Of a DNA stretch of 64,000 bases, positions 37,325 to 47,303 are shown in pieces. This DNA is from Mobula birostris (taxonomy: Eukaryota). The notes under the pieces were generated by a model, which was not told the origin of the DNA, made no database searches, and saw only the letters and a list, made by a program, of their open reading frames with translations. Within the stretch, counting starts at the first letter, position 1. Each line of letters begins with the position of its first letter. The DNA lies in the NCBI RefSeq assembly GCF_030028105.1, contig NC_092379.1, positions 21,181,309 to 21,245,308 on the forward strand, given 5' to 3'. A program made the position numbers and the translations under genes.

Positions 37325-38070
37325 CTGCACAGTCAGTAACTTTAAATTCCTGGGTGTCACTATCTCAGAGGACCTGTCCTGGACCCAACATATAAATGTA
37401 ATTGCAGAGGAAACAGGACAGTGCCTCTACTTCTCCTCAGGAGTCTGCGGAGATTTGGTATGATGTCAAAAACCTTGACAATCTTCTATAAATGTGTAGT
37501 GGAAAGTATAATGACTGGCTGCATTACGGCCTGGTATGGGAACATCAATACATTTGAATGGAAAATTCTACAAGAGATCATGGATTCAGCTCAGTACATA
37601 ATGGGTAAAGCCCTCCCAACCACTGAGCGCATCTACATGAAACGCTGTCATAAGAAAGCAGCACCTACCATCAAAGATCCTCACCGCCCAGGCCAGACTC
37701 TTTTCTCACTGCTGCCGTCAGGGCAGAAGGAACAAGAGCCTCAGGACTCACACCACCAGGTTCAAGAACAGTTACTACCCCTCAACCATCAGGCTCCTGA
37801 ACAAAAGAAGATATTTACGCTCATCTATTGAGACATTCCCATAAACAATAATCTCACTTTAAAGACTCTTTATCTTGTTATTTCATGCTCTCATTATTTA
37901 TTGCTGTTTATTTAGGGTTGCATTTCAACAGTTTATTGTCTTCTATGCTCTTGCTATTTCATTGATCCTGTTTACAGTTACGATTCTATAGTTTTGCTGA
38001 GTATGCCCACAAGAAAATGAATCTGAGGGTTGTATGTGATGACATGTATGTATTCCGATAATAAGTTTTA
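37325..38070 (+). mobile_element. Rex1/Babar-like LINE 3' end
   Basis: FKFLGVTIS; ORF 37421-37831 RSLRRFGM...FYKCVVESIMTGCITAWYG...DPHRPG..LFSLLPSG. Confidence 0.78.
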
Positions 38071-38612
38071 CTTTGAACTTTGAGACATCAAATGAGGATT
38101 TCCCAGTTGTGGGGAGCTTTAGGAATTGTAGGCTAAAAGTGACTATTCCCTTCCAACATCACCCAAACAGACTAGATTGTCATGTTGTAGTTCAGTTTGT
38201 GGGAACAAGATGCAGACAAGTTGGATGTTTAGTCCCCCATATGAAGAGACACACTGCAGAAGTACTTGCTGGGTTGGGAAAGGCTCTGGGATGTTCTGGG
38301 GTTGCAGAAGTCAATGAAAAGCAAATTGTTTTCATCAAAATAAATTCAGTAAAATAAAACCTGAAACAGCGTAGTTGCCAGAAATCAGACTGACAGGGTC
38401 TGGTGAAAGGTCACTGATGTGAAACATTAACTCTGTTTCTCACCCACAGATGTTCCCAGTGTTGGCAGTGCAGGAGGCACAATAATGTCAGTCGGTGAGA
38501 TTTGCAGCTGAGGATCTTTTACATCCCGAGAGCAGCAGGTGGTAAGTACAGTTCTGTCTGGATCAGTGTTCCTCTGGGTCTTTATAATAACACCCAACAA
38601 ACTGACAGCAAA

Positions 38613-38886
38613 GTGAAGAGGGGAACTGGATCTGGGTGGGTCACAGGGTGCTGGGGTGAAGAGGGGAACTGGATCTGGGTGGGTCACAGGGTGCTGGGGT
38701 GAAGAGGGGAACTGGATCTGGGTGGGTCACAGGGTGCTGGGGTGAAGAGGAGAACTGGATCTGGGTGGGTCACAGGGTGCTGGGGTGAAGAGGGGAACTG
38801 GATCTGGGTGGGTCACAGGGTGCTGGGGTGAAGAGGGGAACTGGATCTGGGTGGGTCATAGGTTGCTGGGGTGAAGAGGGTGGATC
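38613..38886 (+). repeat. 43-bp G-rich tandem repeat, 6 full copies plus a partial copy
   Basis: Unit GAAGAGGGGAACTGGATCTGGGTGGGTCACAGGGTGCTGGGGT starts at 38615, 38658, 38701, 38744, 38787, 38830 and 38873 (partial). Confidence 0.97.
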
Positions 38887-39939
38887 AGTTCGGAAGAAAT
38901 TTGCAATGAAATGACACTTGAGTATTTGTACAAAATGATTGATGTTGATTCAGTAGATTGGGGAAAACTCCGTCTGATTTTAGTCTGTATTGTAGTAAGT
39001 GGATGGAACATCGGGTAGTATGAACAACAGATGGACAATTTTATTTATTCAACTTTTGGGATCTGGGCTTTGCTGGTAAAGTCTGAATAAATTACACATC
39101 TGAGCTGCCATTCAGAGGGCATTTGGAGACAAACACATTGATGAGTCAGGAGTCATAAATAGGGTCGAAGGGTAAGGATGAGAGATCTCCTTCCCCGAGG
39201 GACATCAGTAAAACTGAAGGATCAACGTTACTAATGACTAGATTTAAAAACAATACCAATTATTAAGATGTTGGAAATCTGACCGCAGATCCAAATCTGT
39301 TGCAGATTATTATGAACTGAGTTTAAATTTGTCAGTTTTGTTGTGGTGGTATCCGTGGACTGTTCATCCATCCCTCTGCACTACTCATCTGCTTTGATGT
39401 ACTGCCCTGTTTCCCATCACTCCGAATCCAACCTTGTGCCTGTCCATTGGATCACTGTGTCCACGGTGTCCTGGACAATGTTTCTCCTTCAATAACATCA
39501 CCAGAACAGACTGTCTGATGGTTCTCACCTTGCAGTTTGTGGATTCTGCTGTGTGCAGAGTGGCTCCACATTCCCGACTCTACAACAGGGCTGTACTTTG
39601 AAACTACCTCATTGCCTGTGAAGAGCTCGGGGACACCATGAAAGGTGCTCAGTAAATGTCAGCACTTTATCTTACAACCACTTTTACTGAATCACCAGCA
39701 ACACTGGTTAATGTAGGAAAGCACTTGTTAAACAAACCCAGTCGGGGGATGGAGGGGGCAAGAAATTAGAGCAGTTGCTCTGTCTGTGAACTGAGAATGA
39801 GCAGTTCATTTGAACAGTAAAGTTCAACTCGTGTCCCGTGAGTGTGTGATGGGACAGGTTGGGGGAAGCTTCACTCTGTGTCTAACCTCTGCTGCCCCTG
39901 CCCTGGGAAGGATGGGACAGTGCAGAAAGAGCTTTGTAT

Positions 39940-40330
39940 CTAATCCGTGGCTGCCTGGAATAGGTTGAGTGAATTTGGCGTTTTCTCCTCAGAGCGTCGT
40001 AGGATGAGAGGTGACTTGATAGAGGTATATAAGATGATGAGAGGCATTGATCATGTGGATATCGAGAGGCTTTTTCCCAGGGCTGAAATGGTTAACATGA
40101 GAGGGCACAGTTTTAACGTGCTTGGAAGTAGGTACAGAGGAGATGTCAGGGTTAAGCTTTCTTCGCAGAGAGTGGTGGGTGCATGGAATGGACTGCTGGC
40201 AATGGTGGTGGAGGTAGATATGATAGGGTCTTTTAAGAGACTCCTGGATAGGTACATGGAGCTTAGAAAAACAGAGGGTAACCCTAGGTATTTTCTAAAT
40301 TACGTACATGTTTGATACATCATTGTGTGC
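39940..40330 (+). mobile_element. CR1 3' fragment
   Basis: ORF 39947-40315 ERRRMRGDLIEVYKMMRG...RGHSF...QRVVGAWNGL. Confidence 0.85.
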
Positions 40331-41516
40331 TGTAGGTTTTTCTAGGACATGGGAGCTGTAATCTGCATTTAATTCATGCTCTGTGTACCCTGAGGTGATT
40401 GATGGAATCCCTTTGAGGAAGAATTTCCCAGATTTACAAGATAAATACTGAATCCATTGAATGACAGAGCAGAGAGAGAGGCCATTCATCCGATAGTGTC
40501 TGTGCTTCCCTTTAGCTGAGCAAACCCAATAAACCCATTGGTCTCTCTGCTCTTCCCTGTATCCCTACAAAAGGTGGACCTCCTCCTTTTCCCTCTCTAC
40601 ACTCACTATTGACCACCACCATCATTCAGGCAGTGTGTTCCAGATCACAAGTCTTCCCTTAAATACTCCCCTATTACACATTATTGACTTGAACGCTTCC
40701 CTCCCCACCCCACCTGCACCACTCCCCACTCCCCCACCCACCAATGCAAGGCTGCCCGGAATGTGTGAAGGAATTGTGATTTCAATTCCCGGCCATACCT
40801 TTCCTGCACGACGTCCCCACTGCCTTCCCAACTCCAAAATTCTTCCCACCGCACCCCACCTCCTCACCCATCAGGGAATAAAACTAAAACATTAATCCCA
40901 TCAATTAATCCTGGGATATCGCCGATACTTTTGCTGTATCCCGGGACGGACCTCACGCCGGACATTTCATGATGGGACTGACACCCACCTGTACCCTGGG
41001 GATATTGAGCCATCAACCAGATCATACGTGTGTACACCATTCCCTCAGATTATGTCTTAATCCCATTACCTTCAACATGAAAGCAGCTGACAGTAAAACC
41101 CGATCCCAATAACTGGACACTGAACAGATCCATTGTTGTCACTGACAGGGAACAAGTTCAACTGCACTGAAACGCTCAGCCCCTGAACGTGGCTTCAGTC
41201 GGTGCTGAGGATCAGAAGCCAGATTTGAACCAAACACTGAGCTCACTCAGCACAATCGGCTGGTGTCGAGGCACAGTCTGGTGACAAGATCCGACCCCGT
41301 TCCCCTGAGCCTGTTCCCGGTCTGTGGACAGTTCACTGGTGGGTGGGGTATGTACCCTTGTACTGTTACTGGGCTCTAGAGAAACCCGCCGGTTCGGGGA
41401 GATACATGTACTTGCTCTAAATATCTCACTGATTTCAGGCGAATCACCAAATTCGCCAAAACCGTAAATAAATAAAATACTAGAGCGTGAAGATACAATT
41501 GAGAAGTTGGTCTTAC

Positions 41517-41564
41517 CTGAAGTCACTGTCAGCGAGATTCCTCCGCCCCAGTAGTCAAGATAGT
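41517..41564 (-). CDS. IgW: JH segment
   Basis: AC TAT CTT GAC TAC TGG GGC GGA GGA ATC TCG CTG ACA GTG ACT TCA G|GTAAGA encodes YLDYWGGGISLTVTS, with the W-G-x-G motif and a canonical phase-1 donor. Confidence 0.96.
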
Positions 41565-41603
41565 CACAGTGCTCCGTCTCCCCATTCACACAGTGCAGTA
41601 ACT
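41565..41603 (-). promoter_or_regulatory. 23-bp-spacer RSS 5' of JH
   Basis: Perfect heptamer CACTGTG (41571-41565) abutting J, 23-nt spacer, and degenerate nonamer AGTTACTGC (5/9 to GGTTTTTGT). Confidence 0.75.
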
Positions 41604-41927
41604 TCACTTGCCCGTCACATCCAATAATCTCAGCAAAATGTCAACATGATCCCTGTCCGGACCGGGAGCAGCCTCTTCCTGGATACTTCGTCCTTGTCCC
41701 TTCCTGGCGTGTGAATAAGAGAGGCATTTTCACAGTTTTCTTGTCTGCGGACAACGGCTCCCTCCATCACCCAGAATGAGAGTCGAATCCTTTTGGGCTT
41801 TTAATTGTCCAGAAATGGACATTTGCGCCCAGCAGTCCGAGTGAGGCTTCAGGGATTTGACTCTGGGAAGCAGCAATGCGGAATCCGTGGAGACAGACGG
41901 TGCTGCAGACGCTCCTTTGTCGGGACC

Positions 41928-41955
41928 GGTTTCTGTTCAGCTCCCCATCAGCGTG
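41928..41955 (-). promoter_or_regulatory. 12-bp-spacer recombination signal sequence 3' of VD
   Basis: Minus strand CACGCTG (heptamer 5/7, CAC intact), then ATGGGGAGCTGA (exactly 12 nt), then ACAGAAACC (nonamer 8/9). Confidence 0.88.
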
Positions 41956-42259
41956 GTCCATACTCTCGCACAGTAATAGGTGGCCGTGTCGTCCAGTCTC
42001 AGATTGTTCATTTGCAGATAGACGGAGCTGCTGTCCTTGGAAACAGTGAACCGGCTCTGGAGTCCAGGCGTGTAGTACTTGCTACCACCACTCGATATAG
42101 TCGCCACCCACTCCAGCCCTTTCCCGGAGACCTGTCTCACCCAGCTCATGCCATAGCTGCTGAGGCTGAACCCACTGACCACACAGGTCAGTCTGTGGGA
42201 CTGTCCGGGCTTTACCACCGCTGACTCGGGCTGTGTCAGCACGATGTCGGACCGCACGC
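41956..42259 (-). CDS. IgW: IgW VH exon fused to a D remnant
   Basis: Acceptor TTGACAG|GC. Encodes GVRS-DIVLTQPESAVVKPGQSHRLTC...WVRQVSGKGLEWV...DTATYYCAR with both canonical Cys and the Trp and no stops, then extra nt GTATGGAC (41963-41956). Confidence 0.95.
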
Positions 42260-42367
42260 CTGTCAATAAAAAAGAGCAAAATTAATAAAATGTTCCACGG
42301 GCAGAGGTTCACAAAGCCTCTGAGAAACAGCCGGTCCCGGTTGGGCGACAAGCCGCGGGACACCCAC

Positions 42368-42413
42368 CTGCCAGACAAGACAGGAGGAGACAGAGATAAG
42401 GAACGACCCCCAT
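42368..42413 (-). CDS. IgW: VH leader (signal peptide) exon
   Basis: ATG at 42413 gives MGVVPYLCLLLSCLA plus G, then donor CAG|GTGGGT. 46 nt, phase 1, followed by a 108-bp intron. Confidence 0.92.
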
Positions 42414-42501
42414 CGCCCTGAACACTGAGCCGGACTTGGACACTTTTGAGATCGGCGACTGCAGCTCAGGCCGGCTTTGTCCGGAGCCGCAGTAAGCGCT
42501 G

Positions 42502-42600
42502 TTTAAATAGGAACGTGGGCTGTGAGTGAGAGAGGGAGCCGCAGTTTGAACAGGCTCTCACACACTGAAACCAGAGGCGCGGCTTCCTGTCCCCACCCAC
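42502..42600 (-). promoter_or_regulatory. VH promoter: TATA box with upstream Ets-like and CACCC motifs
   Basis: TATTTAAA on minus at 42509-42502, about 90 nt upstream of the leader ATG. CAGGAAG at 42589-42583; CACCC/GT box near 42593-42597. No ATGCAAAT octamer seen within about 400 bp, consistent with chondrichthyan IgH promoters. Confidence 0.6.
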
Positions 42601-45600
42601 AGCAGCGATTTCAATTCCCCAAAAGATGTTTGTCTCTGCAACAGGCGGCAGGTCAGCGGCAGTGACCAGATCCGGATTAAAGATCTGTCACACTCTGCTC
42701 GATCCATCAATTTCAGCGATGAACAGTTTGTGCAAACTGAGACACACAGAATCTCAGCGAGAGAGAATGAGACACAATTTGTCAGTGAGCAGATATGACC
42801 GAGAGACACCAGTCAATGGACAGGTATCCCCCAGAGAGACAGGGACTGAGAGACACCAGTCAGTGCACAGATACCACCCCCCCACCCCCCCAGAGACAGG
42901 GACTGAGAAACACTGGTCAGTGGACAGGGACGGAGAGACACCAGTCAGTGGACAGTTATTCTCCTTAGAGACACAGACTGAGACTGTCTTTGCAGGAAAA
43001 TGTATTTAGCAACAAAAAGAGTTACCACACAATCTTCTTACTGCACCCACTCCACTAGAACCAATGTTAAACGGAGATTCCTGGTGGAAATGGGTGGAAT
43101 TTACACTTTTAAGATATTTTCTCTTTCAGGGACCAGGCACCATGAACTGCCAAGTCCTCAGCAGTTCTCCCCACAAAATCTCTTTGACCTGTTTCAGCCG
43201 GTGAGAGAAACAGGGTGTTTGATGCAGGGAACTCGGGAGCTGAAGCCGCTCAACAGAAGTCATTGTTGCTGGTAACAGGATGCTCCCCAGTAGATTGGCA
43301 GACAAGTGCGGCTGAACGGTCCGTATTGAAAGGAGACTGATGGGGGGGGGTGGTGGTGGGGAGGGCATACAGGATGCAGATCAGCAAGGTGGGTAATTTT
43401 GATCACCCACCCTGGAGATGGGAATACTGTGTGTCCCAAATTTTGCATCCTGGGTAAAGTATAAAGCGGGCTGATTGAATGACTCAGTAAGCCACAGCAC
43501 CCCTCTCTCGAGGTGAATTGTCATCACTCAGCAGCTTTCATGACGCCATGGCAAACCAGAGCGGGTTCTGCAAACAATGAAGTACCTTTTGAAGTGGAGT
43601 CTCTGTTGTGACGGAGGGAAGGTGGGACCCAAGTTACACAGAGCAACCTCTCTGAAACAGCAATGAAGTACCAACAGATCAGATATTCTGTGATGCTGAC
43701 TGAGGCATCAATGTTGGGACAGGTAGTGGAGAACTTTCCAAACCTTTTATGTCCACCTGACACAACAACCTCACCATGGCACCAATCAAAATGGTGAATC
43801 TTTTTTTTTAATCCAAGAGGACCACAGCCTTGCTCTCGGGTTTGGAGGCTTGAAAGCCTCAGTGATCCAGAGATCTATGTTGGCTTGAGTCAGGGCCTTG
43901 TGCTTTAGCTCCAGATAGGGTCACCCATGCCAAACAGGTCAAAAGGTAGAGGCCAGACTAAAAGAGATCCAGGTTCGGAGTTTCAGGTCAGGGTTAGTGA
44001 ACCTGACTAGTCAAAATAAAAAATTGTGATTGTTACGAGATGCTCCCAACCACGCCAGCTTCCGGGATTCAGACTGTCTAACTCTCTGGAGTACAGATAG
44101 CTAGTTGCAGTCCCTTTACGGGTTCAGGATGATCCCACTAATTGGAAATCATAACTTGGGTCCCAAGAGTGGTATATTTAAAGAATACCTGTACTGATGT
44201 TCAGTGCTCAATCATAAGCCCTACTCATGATATCGTTTAGCATTTGTTTTGTGCTCAGTTTTCGATCCAGTTTGATACAGTGTCTTGATCTTTACTTCAG
44301 ATACTCCAGCAAACCAACCTTGTCAAGGACTGTCTTCACAGTTACGGAAACGGCAATGAAGAATCCTTCCACATCTGAATGTGATGGTATTCACTAGTCA
44401 CCACCCGGGACTTGCATGGCTGACAGGAGTGAAAACTGAGAGGAAGCTACAGGCATGGTGAAGGGAGCCATGAACTTTGCCAATATCATGACCAAAAATG
44501 TTTTTTGCAATTGTCAAACCATGTACAACACTGGCAAGTTCACACAAACAACCACAGTAATGTGTCATTACAGGCAACATACACTGGCATCAGTGAAAGT
44601 AGTTCGACAGAGTTTGGCAGATGAAAAGCAGCAACTGGTGAAACTATTTTCTATGCAGGAAGACAAGATGGTCAGCATCATGATGGTGTAGCTGTCATTT
44701 TGAAGAAAGGCATTGATAAGTCCCCACTGGAGTGAAAACCATTGAACAGTCGGCTGGTGAGAGTCAGGCTGAGAGTGAAGCAAGTGAACATGACTGTGAT
44801 CCAGTACTGTGCTCCAAATAACAAGAGTGATATTGAAGAAAAGGGCATCTTCTACAAACAGCAGAGATAGAGTTAACATCACGCCATGACATAATCATCA
44901 TCATGGGAGATCTAAATGGCAAAGTGGAAAATACAACTCACACTTCACTAGGGTTATGGGTACATAGGGATGTAGAACGATCAATAACAATGGTGAAAGA
45001 CTGGTGGAATTCTGTGCCATGAACTATCTGGTCACAGGAGGAACCCTCTTTCCGGACCACGAAATCCACAAACTGACATGGTGCTCACCCAGTGGACATG
45101 ACAAGATCCAGATTGACCATTTGATGATCAATGGTACATGGAGACGATGCTTGCAGGATGTAAAGGTGAAGAGAGGAGCAGATACAGGGAGTAATCACCA
45201 CCACCATCTGTAATCCATTGGACAATGACTTTGGTGAGACAAATGAGTGGTGCCACATCAATTGTTGCAATCACTTAGTGCTCCTTTCTTGGGGATCCTA
45301 ACTCCCTTTGTCCAGTCCTTGGACACTTGTCCCCATTCACAGATTGTTGTAAACAGAGGTTGCAGGAACCCAGTCGCAGACCAAGTACTGTGCACACTGT
45401 GATATTTACTGAGTAGCAAATCCAGAGGAGCAACAAGGTCAGCATCAAAGTTCAGGCAGAGATCAAAAATTCCAGAGAAATCCAAAAACCAGAATCGGGA
45501 CTGGAGCACATGGGGCATGAAAACAAACAAGAGCACATGGCAATACAAAAGCACAGACTGATGGCGAGGGGGAAAACACACAAAAAGACCAAGTTCAATT

Positions 45601-45712
45601 GGAGGTACTGACAGACTGCTGCAACTTTTTGTTCAGCTTTGAACAGTTTGGCTTTCAAATTGTCATGTTCTGGAGCTTTGCTGTTTCTTAACGATTTAAT
45701 CACAGTAACAAT

Positions 45713-46189
45713 TGTTACGTACCCCGTAATTGGGTTGCCAAACCAACAGAAATGGATCACTCAGTTGGAGTCTGGATTACTAGGGCTAAGAAAGTTTTAT
45801 TAAAGAAACAACCAACACAATACTCTAATCAAAAGGATAATAAATGCAACAGTTCAGCAATGATAAACACAGCTGTGCACAGAATTAAGATAACAGGATC
45901 AATCAAGCTCTATCGTTGTCTAGGGGTAAATGACCAGTTTCAAAGTGACACAAAGTCCAGTTCAATTTACTTCAGATTGCAGTAATCTTTGCCATGGCGA
46001 TGGACAGTGGGGGGACGGGGAGAGAGAGCAAAATGAATGAATATTCAACACAGCTTCCACACAGACCTTCACAGTCAGCTTTCGGGCGAGTCCTTTGTGA
46101 TGTCTCTCTCTCTCCTGAAGACAGGTAGCAGACCAACTGCTGATCACACAGGACAGCAAACATCTTAATCTATGTGTATTCTTGTCACA
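45713..46189 (-). repeat. 3' LTR (477 bp, about 375-bp internal deletion)
   Basis: Matches the 5' LTR but lacks the segment equivalent to about 49725-50100. Confidence 0.93.
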
Positions 46190-47303
46190 CTTCCCCCCTT
46201 TAAGGATTTTTACCGGGGGGGTAAAAATTACAAACATGAATACATTATTTGATACACACACAAATATACATCTTTATCATCTATTTGGCTAATACAGCGA
46301 GTTTGAAGTTGTCAACACCTGACAGACAGTCAGCCATCACATTTTCTGTTCCTTTTATACGTGTTATTAATAATCCCTTAGACCAGGCTCCAATTTAGCA
46401 AACTTCATAGTGGCCAAAAACACTGATGAATTGCGATCAATGTAACCTCTCATTTTGTTTTGTCCCGGACCACAATAACAAGGGTCGTCCCATTCCGACT
46501 TAGTTTCCTCTCGCAAGGGCTTAGTGGGAGGGGGAGGGGTAGTGACCACAGAGTTATTGCAAAACTTCCTACAGTACCCCACCATCTCCAAGAGCCTTCT
46601 GAGGGCCCTCTTGTCTGTCGGGGTTTGGAGGTCAGCGATAGCCTGCACTGTAGCTTGTATCGCTGCCAGCTGCCCGTGTCACCACAATTCCCAGGTAAGT
46701 GACCTTCGTGTGGCCGAACTCATTTTTTTCAAGGTTCACTCTCAAGCTGGCTTCAGACAGCCGTATTAAATTGCCAATACACACCTCTATGTTCGTCAGC
46801 CCTTTAGTCACTGAATTACTCATTCTATATGGTTGTTGCTTGCTAGGCTGACCTAACAGACACTACCCAACGTCCCAGTTCTTTGCATCGCCTCGGGACA
46901 ATCAAACACACGGGTGCGAGTCATTTAATTACTTCTCCTAAAGAGTCGCTTTGTTCGGGGATTAAGGGAGAGACCTTATCAGCAGACCTGGCCAAAACAA
47001 TAGCCTTCTTCCATCTGGTGGATACCATACTCATCTTTTCAAAATGGTTTTTTTCTCTTATCGGGGGGACCCTAGCTTCATTGATTTTCGCGCTAACATG
47101 GACTAGGTTTGTTAGCATATCAAAAGCCTGTGACCGTCTCAGTTCACGTCGGTCATAATCAATAACATCCTTCCCCCTGGGCAGCCGTAAACCTCTTTCA
47201 TGATTCCACCAACTGTTCCCTCCAGTACCGCAAAATGTCCACCGAGGGGTACCTTGTGGGCCAGGTTAAAAACCTCATCCCCATAACTCTTTTTCACCAC
47301 CCC

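Larger units (their letters stand above)
16990..42413 (-). other. IgW: IgW (IgX) immunoglobulin heavy-chain gene cluster: L-VD-J-CH1-CH2-Sec(short)-CH3-CH4-CH5-CH6/Sec(long)-CH3'-CH4'-TM
   Basis: All exons are on the minus strand, in order, with phase-1 junctions. One V, one J and eight C1-set domains match the chondrichthyan cluster organisation. A 2-domain short secretory tail plus a 6-domain long secreted form is the IgW pattern. Confidence 0.93.

Noticed and set aside
38613-38886. CRISPR array
   Set aside because: The units are head-to-tail with no unique spacers, and the context is vertebrate.
41604-41927. Free D segments between V and J
   Set aside because: No CACTGTG...CACAGTG pair with nonamers was found; only CACAGTT at 41731 without a partner.
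16990-42413. IgM, IgNAR or T-cell receptor identity
   Set aside because: Six secreted C domains plus a separate 2-domain short tail, a CH1 with a light-chain Cys and a conventional VH with the GLEW motif fit IgW. IgM has four C domains and IgNAR lacks CH1.
42780-42990. Degenerate GAGACACCAGTCAGTGGACAG repeats upstream of the promoter
   Set aside because: Irregular minisatellite-like expansion; no recognisable factor motif or RSS.
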